Source of the DNA: an uncultured Actinomycetes bacterium
GTDB lineage: Bacteria > Actinomycetota > Acidimicrobiia > IMCC26256 > DASPTH01
Direction: 5' to 3'
NCBI GenBank assembly: GCA_963719245.1
Contig: CAVRBG010000006.1
Location: forward strand, 78,905 to 142,904
Length of the DNA stretch: 64,000 bases
Made by a program: the position numbers and the translations under genes. Below, in pieces: positions 40,184 through 47,696 of this stretch; within the stretch, counting starts at the first letter, position 1; each line of letters starts with the position of its first letter. The notes beneath the pieces were generated by a model. The model had not been told where the DNA came from, did no database searches, and saw only the letters and a list, made by a program, of their open reading frames with translations.

Positions 40184-41650
40184 TCAGTACATCCGGAACG
40201 TGACCGACACCAGGAACACGAGGAGCACCGGCACCAGCAGCACGGCCAGGGGGAACCGGGCGGTCGCGGCGCGGGTCCAGCCCCAGCGGGGCGCGCCGAT
40301 CGCCACCGGGATGAGCGCCGAGAGCGGCACCAGGTACCGCGGTTGCACGCCGCCCACCTCGTCGAGCCCGGGCGCGGTCCAGTAGATGTAGTTCGCCGCG
40401 ATCACCCCGACGAGCCCGACGAGCAGCACCAGTACCACCAGCACGCGCTGCAGCCAGTGCAGGTTGGCCTCGGGCTCGCGCCGGTCGCGCTGGATGGAGA
40501 CGACGGCGTAGATCGCCACGATCGCCATGGCCAGCGCCCACGGCCAGTGCGTCGCACTGGGCCCGACGTCGACGAGGGTCTTCAGCCAGTCGGGCGTCTG
40601 GTTCACCAACGTGCGCACGGTGTCGGCGGCGAAGTCCCAAGGCGCGTGGAGCAGCCGGTCCTTCTGGTAGTGGTCGTCGACCTTGATGCCGAAGTACCCG
40701 GCGTCGGTCTTCCAGAGGTTGCCGACGGCCTGGTTCCACGCCACCGACACGATCACGCCGAACACCGGCGCCAACGCGATCGGCCACAGCTCGCGCCGCT
40801 CGTAGCGACGACGCAGGCCGAGGAGCGGCAGCAGGTAACAGAACGCGATCACCACGTACACCGGCTTGCAGAGCCCGAGCACGGCGCTGAGCACGAACGC
40901 CTCGATGATCAGCGAGCGCGCAGTGGTGCCTTCGGGTGGGTCGAGGGCGCGCAGCGCCGAGGAGAGCACGAGCAAGGACACGGCGGTGGTGAACGCGTCG
41001 TGCGACACCGACGACGCCGACTGGAACACCGCCACCGGTACCAGGCCGATCGCGCACAGCGCCCACTTGGAGCGGGGCGCCCGCTTGATCGCCGCCCACA
41101 CGAGGGCGATGTAGGCGATGAGCACCGCGAAGCGCTCGACCACCAGCATGCCCTCGGCGTCCATGCCGAGCTGGCGGGTCACGAACGCGGCCGCGGCCTG
41201 CGGCGCGTAGGGCACCGGCGACCCGAAGGTCGAGAAGGTGACGAACCCCTCCGAGGCATCGCCGGGACAGCGCGGAATCGTCGCCGCGGTCACCTCGATG
41301 CTGCGGTCGGGCCGGACGCCCTGGAGGCTGAGCGTGTGCAGGAAGTACTCGGCACTGGCTCGGCGCATCTGCAGGATCACGTCGAGGGGGAGGCACGCGC
41401 CGCTGAAGTCGGTGCCCGGCTTCTTCTCGGGCACGAACTGACCGGTGGAGATCTGGTACGCGCGCGAGAAGTGGGCGGTCTCGTCGATGCCGCCGAAGTG
41501 CGGGACCACGCAGGCGAGGTACACGCCGGCCGCGATGGCGAGCACGAGGAAGGTGCGCGCGGGATCGCGGAACACGCCGAGCGCTCCCCCGCCGCTCCGC
41601 CGCCGCTCGGCGCGGGACTCCGGCGCCGCCGCGTCTTCGGCAACCGTCAT
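40184..41650 (-). CDS. DUF2142-family polytopic membrane protein (predicted GT-C-like glycosyltransferase)
   Basis: ORF 40184..41806(-), trimmed to MTVAEDAAAPE (start 41650). It has the signature HFGGIDETAHFSRAYQISTGQF after the first TM segment, and about 10 further TM segments. The frame is intact. Confidence 0.75.
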   Translation of the reverse strand: MTVAEDAAAPESRAERRRSGGGALGVFRDPARTFLVLAIAAGVYLACVVPHFGGIDETAHFSRAYQISTGQFVPEKKPGTDFSGACLPLDVILQMRRASAEYFLHTLSLQGVRPDRSIEVTAATIPRCPGDASEGFVTFSTFGSPVPYAPQAAAAFVTRQLGMDAEGMLVVERFAVLIAYIALVWAAIKRAPRSKWALCAIGLVPVAVFQSASSVSHDAFTTAVSLLVLSSALRALDPPEGTTARSLIIEAFVLSAVLGLCKPVYVVIAFCYLLPLLGLRRRYERRELWPIALAPVFGVIVSVAWNQAVGNLWKTDAGYFGIKVDDHYQKDRLLHAPWDFAADTVRTLVNQTPDWLKTLVDVGPSATHWPWALAMAIVAIYAVVSIQRDRREPEANLHWLQRVLVVLVLLVGLVGVIAANYIYWTAPGLDEVGGVQPRYLVPLSALIPVAIGAPRWGWTRAATARFPLAVLLVPVLLVFLVSVTFRMY

Positions 41651-41660
41651 CGAGCTTCGA

Positions 41661-42122
41661 CTACTCGATGGTGTCGACGATGAGCACGCTGCACGGCGCG
41701 TGGTGCGACACCGTGTTGGGAACGCTGCCGAGGAAGCGTCGGCCGCCCTGCATGCCGCGGTTGCCGACGACGATGAGGTCGGCCTCCAGCTGCGACGCCA
41801 TGTCACAGAGGACCTCGGCCGGGCTGCCGAAGCGGGCGTGGGTCTCGATCCGGGTGTCGCCGGCCCGACCGGCGGTCTCGGCGGCGCGTCCGAGCGTCTG
41901 CTCCAGCTCCTGCCTGATCTCGTCCTCCCAGTTGAGCTCCGCCGCGACCGGTGCCGCGGCCGCCATCTCCCCTGCCGCCAGGGCCGTGGGCGAGAGCGGC
42001 TTCTGGACGGTCACGATGTGGAGGACCGCCTCGGGCTGGGTCGCCGCGAGCTCGGCGGCGGCGAGCACCGCCTTGGACGCGCCGACCGACCCGTCGGTGC
42101 CGACCACGATCGCCCTGAACAT
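41661..42122 (-). CDS. Universal stress protein (UspA family)
   Basis: ORF 41661..42122(-): MFRAIVVGTDGS..ADLIVVGNRGMQGGRRFLGSVPNTVSHHAPCSVLIV. The frame is intact. Confidence 0.85.
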   Translation of the reverse strand: MFRAIVVGTDGSVGASKAVLAAAELAATQPEAVLHIVTVQKPLSPTALAAGEMAAAAPVAAELNWEDEIRQELEQTLGRAAETAGRAGDTRIETHARFGSPAEVLCDMASQLEADLIVVGNRGMQGGRRFLGSVPNTVSHHAPCSVLIVDTIE

Positions 42123-42161
42123 TCGCCGCCTCCGCCAGACCGGGGATCCGTCTCGGAGAAG

Positions 42162-43127
42162 CTACCCCCGCGCGGTACGCGACCGGAGGAGCGCCCGGAT
42201 CTCCGCCTCGTGGTACACGACGGCCTCGGGCAGGGTGACGGTGCCGAGGTCCTGGAGACCGAAGTCGAGCCCGAGAGCCGGCGCAATGACGTGCGCGAGC
42301 CCCGACCACGTCACGTAGAGCACGACGGAGCGATCGCCCCGTCGACGGAAGGTGGCGCGGGTCGGAGCGTCCGCGCCGCCCGGCCCGGCCGACACCGCGG
42401 TGGTGCCGTCACCGAACGCCCAGGCGTACGCGACCGGGTGGGCCGTGACGTCGACCAGGTACCCGTCGAGCTCGACGCCGGCGCGGGCGTCAGCGAGCGG
42501 CGCCGACCAGAACCGGCTCTCGAGGTTCACGATGCCCGGCCACTCGCGAGTCCCCGGGGGTGACGCGTGCACGGTGGCGCGTGGCAACGGCGTCTGCTCC
42601 CAGATCTCGGCCGCGGTCGGCGGCTCGGACGGGAGCGGTGTACCGGGGAGAGCGCAGCGGGGCACCAGCAGCACGCCCGGTCCACCGTCGCGCGGGGTCG
42701 CGGTGTCCACGACGAAGACGCCCGCATCCGTCGCTCCCGCCGGCAACGGCGCCGGACCGTCGAGCCGGAACGCGCCGGGCGGTGCGCCCTGCAGCGCACC
42801 GACCTGGAGTGGCGCGAACGGGAAGATGGCGATGCCCGGGAGCGGCGTCACGGTCGGCACGAGGGCCGGAGGTATCGGGCCGCCGAACACCACACATCGG
42901 CCACCGGTTGCGGTGCGCTCCCACTTGTAGGTGGACACGGACGCCGGCTGAGCACTCGGCAGACCTCCGCCGGGAAATGTGCCGGCTCCCAGATCTTGCG
43001 CGGTCGCGCGGACGTGGTCGGGGCCGAGTGCACCGTCGAGACTCGTCTGCGCGACCGCGCCGGTCCCGGTCGCCATCGTGAGCGCCAGGCCCACCGAGCA
43101 GGCGAGCGCACGGGTCCGCCACCTCAT
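42162..43127 (-). CDS. Secreted Pro-rich protein with a C-terminal PKD-like segment; last gene of the Tad operon
   Basis: ORF 42162..43670(-), trimmed to MRWRTRALACSVGLALTMATGTGAVAQT (signal peptide). Its ATG overlaps the tadG-like stop (ATGA, 43124-43127). The C-terminal part reads VAYAWAFGDGTTAVSAG..FRRRGDRSVVLYVTWSG, which resembles the PKD WxFGDG..Y.V.L motif. Confidence 0.6.
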   Translation of the reverse strand: MRWRTRALACSVGLALTMATGTGAVAQTSLDGALGPDHVRATAQDLGAGTFPGGGLPSAQPASVSTYKWERTATGGRCVVFGGPIPPALVPTVTPLPGIAIFPFAPLQVGALQGAPPGAFRLDGPAPLPAGATDAGVFVVDTATPRDGGPGVLLVPRCALPGTPLPSEPPTAAEIWEQTPLPRATVHASPPGTREWPGIVNLESRFWSAPLADARAGVELDGYLVDVTAHPVAYAWAFGDGTTAVSAGPGGADAPTRATFRRRGDRSVVLYVTWSGLAHVIAPALGLDFGLQDLGTVTLPEAVVYHEAEIRALLRSRTARG

Positions 43128-43543
43128 CCGGATCGCCTCGGAGTCGCCGTCGCCGTGACCTCGACGTCGAACTCGTCGTGCGGCGCGAGGACACCGAGCA
43201 GCGTGTATCCGACGCGGCCGTGGACCACGACGGTCACGGCCTCGGTGTCGGCGCGGACGCTGACCGAGCGAAGGGCTGCGCGGTCGAGCTGTTGAGCGAT
43301 GTGATCGCGGGCGCGAGATTCGGCCACCACGGGATCGAGGAGGATCGCACCGGACGAGCGGTAGTGGGCCTCGTCGATGGCGGAGGCGCCGGCCAAAGCG
43401 GCCGCGTCGGCCGTCGCGGCGAGCGCCCTTCGCTCCGAGAACGCGCGCCAGAGGTCGAGGCTGATCCCGCCGAGCGCGAACAGCACGAGACAGATGCCGA
43501 GCAACCAGAGCGTGGTCGTGCCGGAGGCACCGCGGTGTCTCAT
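43124..43543 (-). CDS. TadG-like / Tad_N pseudopilin-type pilus assembly protein
   Basis: This is the tail of ORF 43124..44185(-): MRHRGASGTTTLWLLGICLVLFALGGISLDLWRAFSERRALAATADAAALAGASAID.. It is 139 aa and has an ATGA overlap upstream. Confidence 0.7.
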   Translation of the reverse strand: MRHRGASGTTTLWLLGICLVLFALGGISLDLWRAFSERRALAATADAAALAGASAIDEAHYRSSGAILLDPVVAESRARDHIAQQLDRAALRSVSVRADTEAVTVVVHGRVGYTLLGVLAPHDEFDVEVTATATPRRSG

Positions 43544-43959
43544 GACGGCGACGCGTAGCGATCGACCGGCTCGCGGTGGCGAGCGGTCCACGACCATGCG
43601 TCGACCGCGCCGAGCCCGGGCAGGTGCACCGCGGGCATGCGCACGGTGACGCGCGCCTCGACGTCGGCACCCGGCGTCAGCTCGCGTCCCGACGTGCACG
43701 AGAGCGTCACCGAGAGGTCGGCGGGCGGCACGCCGAGGTTGCCGGCCATCGATGCCGTGATCGTCCGCGCCGCAGCGAGGTCGCACACGCCGTCGCGCGC
43801 AGCCCGGCGGGCGACCTCGCGGCTGATGACCCGAGCGGTCACCTGGCGCTCCGACCAACCGGGCAGGGTCAGCACGAGCAGCGCCACCGGGAGGACCAGC
43901 AGGCCGAGCCCGACCACGAGCTCCGTCGCCACGAACCCCGACTCCGAACGGCGCGTCAC
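43540..43959 (-). CDS. TadE-like pilus assembly protein (second copy)
   Basis: In ORF 43540..44079(-), the GTG at 43959 (GTGA overlap) gives VTRRSESGFVATELVVGLGLLVLPVALLVLTLPGWSERQVTARVISREVARRAA.. Confidence 0.7.
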   Translation of the reverse strand: MTRRSESGFVATELVVGLGLLVLPVALLVLTLPGWSERQVTARVISREVARRAARDGVCDLAAARTITASMAGNLGVPPADLSVTLSCTSGRELTPGADVEARVTVRMPAVHLPGLGAVDAWSWTARHREPVDRYASPS

Positions 43960-44336
43960 GACGACCGTTCCTCCACGACCGACCCGGACACGGAGAACGA
44001 CCAGGACGGCACCCCGGGGATCCAGCTCGGCAGCGCGACCTGCGCCTCCGCGCGCATCGACCCGCCGACCTCGCGACACGTGACGTGCACCGAGCGACCC
44101 GCGGAGCCGGACAGCAGGTTGGCGAGCACACCTTGGGCGCGGCGTTCGCAGTCTTCCGGCGACGTGTCGAGCGCGGCGCCGGCACGCGCGCCTTCGTCGA
44201 CCGCGGCGCGTACGACGCCGCGCGCGTAGAGGTCGACGATGAAGTTGGCCATGGCGACGAACACGAACAACGACAGCGCCGTCGCCACCACGTACTGGAT
44301 GGTCGTGATGCCGACCTCGCCGACCCGCTCGTTCAG
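43956..44336 (-). CDS. TadE-like pilus assembly protein (first copy); the only in-frame start candidate is a CTG overlapping the flp stop
   Basis: In ORF 43956..44603(-), the credible part is LNERVGEVGITTIQYVVATALSLFVFVAMANFIVDLYARGVVRAAVDEGARAGA.. The sequence upstream of this lies inside flp in another frame. A CTGA overlap sits at 44333-44336. Confidence 0.6.
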   Translation of the reverse strand: MNERVGEVGITTIQYVVATALSLFVFVAMANFIVDLYARGVVRAAVDEGARAGAALDTSPEDCERRAQGVLANLLSGSAGRSVHVTCREVGGSMRAEAQVALPSWIPGVPSWSFSVSGSVVEERSS

Positions 44337-44530
44337 ACCCGGAGCTGGCCGCGGATCCAGTTCACGACGTCGAGGCCCAGCGTCTGCATGACCGCCCAGA
44401 TCGCGACGAGGGCCGCGATCCCGAGTGCGGCGTTGCCGAGCAGCTCGGCCGTGGTCATCCCCGACTCCCGGGAGGAGCGCTCCCGGCACCAACGGACGAC
44501 CTGCTGCCAACGGATCACGATCAGGTACAT
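44333..44530 (-). CDS. flp: Flp-family (type IVb, DUF4244-like) prepilin
   Basis: ORF 44333..44530(-): leader MYLIVIRWQQVVRWCRERSSRESG, then MTTAELLGNAALGIAALVAIWAVMQTLGLDVVNWIRGQL. This gives a G/xTAE-type processing site followed by a hydrophobic helix. A GAGGAG sequence lies 6 nt upstream of the ATG. Confidence 0.65.
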   Translation of the reverse strand: MYLIVIRWQQVVRWCRERSSRESGMTTAELLGNAALGIAALVAIWAVMQTLGLDVVNWIRGQLRV

Positions 44531-44564
44531 GCGGGCTCCTCGCCATCATGGTCGGGCCGGTGCC

Positions 44565-44586
44565 CGGACCGCGTTCTCGGACCGCG
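44565..44586. repeat. 9-bp direct repeat CGGACCGCG x2 (period 13) in the tadC-flp intergenic gap
   Basis: Read directly: the copies are at 44565-44573 and 44578-44586. This 69-bp gap is the only non-overlapping junction in the Tad operon. Confidence 0.4.
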
Positions 44587-44599
44587 TCGTCCACCCGCC

Positions 44600-45538
44600 T
44601 CACCTGCTCCCGAACACGATCGACGGCAGGGGCGCGGCGATGAACAGCAGCATCACCGGCGCGAGCACCGCGATGGTGGGCACGAGCATGGCGGCACGAC
44701 GCTTCGTCGCGGTCTTGCGGATCTCTTCGCGGCGCGCGTCGCGAAGGTCTTCGCTCAGCGCACGCAAGCCGTCGGCGAGGTCGACGCCCCGTTCCGCGCC
44801 GGCGGCGAACAACTTGTAGGTGCGGGCAGCGGCGGGTTCGGGCGTGAGCTCGGCGGCGCGACGGAAGGCTTCAGGTTCGGACACACCACTGCGCATCGCG
44901 TCGAGCACGCTCGCCAGCTCCTCGACGACTGCACCCACGCCACGGTCGACGACTCGCTGCGTGGCCTGGACCGGTCCGGCTCCCGTGCGCACGTGCATCG
45001 CGAGCATCTGGTTCACGGTGTACAGCTCGAGCCGGATCTGCTCGCGCCGACGGTCGACGCTGCGTTCCAAGCGACCGCGGAGGCGCGAAGCGCCGAACAC
45101 CGCGCCACACACGGTGAGCCCGACCGCTGCGAGCGCCGAGCCCACGACCAACGATCCGAGCACGGCGCCGACCGCCGCGAATCCGAGGACCCGCAGCGCG
45201 ACGCGGGTGCGGTACTCCTCCGGCGTGACGCCGGCATACCCGGCCTGCCGGAGGTGGAGGGAGAGCGTGTCGTCGTCGCGTCGTTCGAGCATCCGACCGA
45301 GGCGAGCCACCACCGCCCGACCCGGTGGGCCGAAGAGGTGCGCCACGATCGACGCCGGGTCCCCGTCGGGCTCCGGCGCCGTGAGGTCGATCCCACGCCC
45401 GAGTCGCGCGCGGGCCGTGACCGTGTAGGGGCGGACCCGCGGACCCAACGGTCGGGTCGGAGGGACGACGATCCCGGCCGCGCCCGCGGCGGCGACCCCG
45501 GCCGCGAGGCATCCCACCGCCAGTGCGGGATCGGTCAT
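44600..45538 (-). CDS. tadC: TadC (type II secretion system F-family inner-membrane platform protein)
   Basis: This is the tail of ORF 44600..46471(-), from MTDPALAVGCLAAG (ATGA overlap with the tadB stop). It is 312 aa, with T2SS-F-like helices and a C-terminal MLVPTIAVLAPVMLLFIAAPLPSIVF. Confidence 0.75.
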   Translation of the reverse strand: MTDPALAVGCLAAGVAAAGAAGIVVPPTRPLGPRVRPYTVTARARLGRGIDLTAPEPDGDPASIVAHLFGPPGRAVVARLGRMLERRDDDTLSLHLRQAGYAGVTPEEYRTRVALRVLGFAAVGAVLGSLVVGSALAAVGLTVCGAVFGASRLRGRLERSVDRRREQIRLELYTVNQMLAMHVRTGAGPVQATQRVVDRGVGAVVEELASVLDAMRSGVSEPEAFRRAAELTPEPAAARTYKLFAAGAERGVDLADGLRALSEDLRDARREEIRKTATKRRAAMLVPTIAVLAPVMLLFIAAPLPSIVFGSR

Positions 45539-46425
45539 GCCGCACCACCGGCGGGTCGGGCGACCCCGAACACGCGCTGTTCGTCGAGCGCGCGCCCGAG
45601 GCGACTGATCCACCATGACCCGACCGCGCTCAACGCCGCGCCGACCACCACGACCATCAGTCCCGCCGTCGTCTGGTAGAACGCGCGGAAGGCACCCGGG
45701 CGGATCGTCAGCGCGACCAGCACCAGCCACGGCATCACCATCACCGCGCGGGCGTTGATCCGCATCTCGAGACCTTCCGAGTCGATCTCGTCGAGCACCT
45801 TCACGTCCTTCGTCGTGGCGACGACGAGGTCGTCGAGGATCTGGCGGACGATCGGCCCGCCTCGTTCCTGCGCGAGGACGAGCACCTCGATCACGCGGTC
45901 GCTGGTGGGATCGGCCAGCTCGCTCTTCACGACTTCGAGCGCGGGAACCGTCCCGAGCATCCGGGCCTGCAGCGGGAACCGGGCGAACGCCTCGCGGAGG
46001 GCTTCGGGCCCGGTCTCGGCCAGCGCCATGAGCGCGTGCGTGAGCGAACGACCAGCCGCGATCGACGCCGCGAGGTCGCGCAATCCGTCCGGCCACGCAG
46101 CCTGGAGCCGACGCAGACGCTCGACCCGCCGGCGTCCGAAGTAGGCCCGCGGGATCGTGGCGGCTGCCGCCGCGGGGACGATTGCGACCAACGCGGTCCC
46201 GGTGAGGGCGTAGGTGGCGACGAACACCGCCGCCCCGACCGTCAGCGAACCACCGACGAACTGCCGCGGTGTCAGCCGGGCCCCGGACTGAACGAGCCAG
46301 AGCTGTGCCGATCCGCCCCGTCGCCGCGGGACGCGCCAGCTGCGGAAGGTCAACGGCTGTCCGACGACGAAGCCGGCGACGAGCGCACAGAACGCGCCGA
46401 TCACGAGGGATGCGGCGATCGTCAC
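45535..46425 (-). CDS. tadB: TadB (type II secretion system F-family platform protein)
   Basis: ORF 45535..46425(-), 296 aa and intact: ..LPDGLRDLAASIAAGRSLTHALMALAETGPEALREAF..RINARAVMVMPWLVLVAL.. It overlaps the tadA stop by 4 nt. Confidence 0.75.
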   Translation of the reverse strand: MTIAASLVIGAFCALVAGFVVGQPLTFRSWRVPRRRGGSAQLWLVQSGARLTPRQFVGGSLTVGAAVFVATYALTGTALVAIVPAAAAATIPRAYFGRRRVERLRRLQAAWPDGLRDLAASIAAGRSLTHALMALAETGPEALREAFARFPLQARMLGTVPALEVVKSELADPTSDRVIEVLVLAQERGGPIVRQILDDLVVATTKDVKVLDEIDSEGLEMRINARAVMVMPWLVLVALTIRPGAFRAFYQTTAGLMVVVVGAALSAVGSWWISRLGRALDEQRVFGVARPAGGAA

Positions 46426-47696
46426 GCAACCACCTCCGCACCGACCAGCACGTCGTGGAGCGATCCGTCACCCGGCACGCGGTCGAGCCGCGTCGCGAGC
46501 GACACCGGCAGGGCGCCTGTCCAGCGCAACGGCCCGCCGATCGACGTCCGCACGAAGAGCGGCTCGACGGTGAAGTCGTCGCGCAGCGCGGGGACGACGG
46601 CGGCGATCTCCATCACCCGACGACGGATCGCGTCGCTCTCGCTGCTCACCGCATCGTCGCGATCGAGATGGATCACGACGTCGAGCGATTCCGAGAAGAC
46701 CTTGCGGACGATCCGCTCGGTCACGTTCTCGCCCGCCATCAACGCGGCGTTCACCAGCGCGTCCAACCCCTCGGCGGCGCTGTTGGCGTGGACGGTGCAC
46801 AGGAACCCGCAGCCCGCGTTGACCGCCCGGCTGAGCTCGAACGCCTCAGCGCCGCGCACCTCACCGACGACGATCCGGTCCGGCCGCATCGCCAGGACGA
46901 ACTTCACCAGGTCGCGCAGACTGATCTCTCCAGTGCCGTCGAGGGCCGGCGGCCGCACCTCGTAATAGGACCCGTGGGTGATCGGCACCGCCAGCTCCCG
47001 GATCTCCTCACACGCGCGCACGCAGTGTCCCGGAGGCGCGGCGGCGAGCAGGGCGGCGACCAGGGTCGTCTTCCCCGCGCCGGGCTCGCCCGACACCGCC
47101 ACCCGGCTGCGGAGCTGCATGAGCAGCCGGAGGAACGCCGCCGCCTCCGGCGTCAGCGAGTCGCGATCGACCAGGTCGTCGAGGGTCACGTTGCGCACGA
47201 CGTAGCGCCGCAACGTTGCCGACAGCTGGTCGCCCACCGGCGGGATGGCGGCCGTCAGCCGCGCCGTCCCACCGAGCACGCGGGCCTGCACCATCGGATG
47301 CTTCGTGTTGAGCTGTCGTTCGGTCACCGCCAGCAGGCGTTCGACGATCTGCCGGTTCTCCTCTTCGCTCGTCGGAACCGCGAGCCCGCGCAACCTCCCG
47401 GAGCCGTCGAGGTACGACACCCGCGCACCCTCGATGAAGATCTCCTCGACGTCGCGACGGGCCAGCAGCTCGGTCAGCGCGCCGAGGTCGGTGATCGAGC
47501 GCAACACGCGGTCGGACATCTCACCGGGGTCGACGAGCGGGATCTCCTCGCCGAGCCGTGCGATCCGTTGGTAGCCCTCGACCGCGCGGTCGACCTCGAC
47601 CCGGATCTCGTCCAGGTCAGCCTCGGTGCGGAGCCGGCGTCGTTCGATGCGCGCGTGGACGTCCCGCCGGATCACGTCGTACGCGTCGGTGATCAT
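46422..47696 (-). CDS. tadA: TadA/CpaF secretion ATPase
   Basis: ORF 46422..47801(-), trimmed to MITDAYDVIRR (ATGA overlap with the tadZ stop). It has a Walker A (VSGEPGAGKTTLVAALL), RPDRIVVGEVRGAEAFE, and GFLCTVHANSA. The frame is intact. Confidence 0.9.
   Translation of the reverse strand: MITDAYDVIRRDVHARIERRRLRTEADLDEIRVEVDRAVEGYQRIARLGEEIPLVDPGEMSDRVLRSITDLGALTELLARRDVEEIFIEGARVSYLDGSGRLRGLAVPTSEEENRQIVERLLAVTERQLNTKHPMVQARVLGGTARLTAAIPPVGDQLSATLRRYVVRNVTLDDLVDRDSLTPEAAAFLRLLMQLRSRVAVSGEPGAGKTTLVAALLAAAPPGHCVRACEEIRELAVPITHGSYYEVRPPALDGTGEISLRDLVKFVLAMRPDRIVVGEVRGAEAFELSRAVNAGCGFLCTVHANSAAEGLDALVNAALMAGENVTERIVRKVFSESLDVVIHLDRDDAVSSESDAIRRRVMEIAAVVPALRDDFTVEPLFVRTSIGGPLRWTGALPVSLATRLDRVPGDGSLHDVLVGAEVVA

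Noticed and set aside
44600-46471. 623-aa ORF suggesting a very large TadC.
   Set aside because: The N-terminal ~310 aa are Arg-rich and overlap tadB out of frame. The real TadC starts at MTDPALAV (45538), with an ATGA overlap on the tadB stop.
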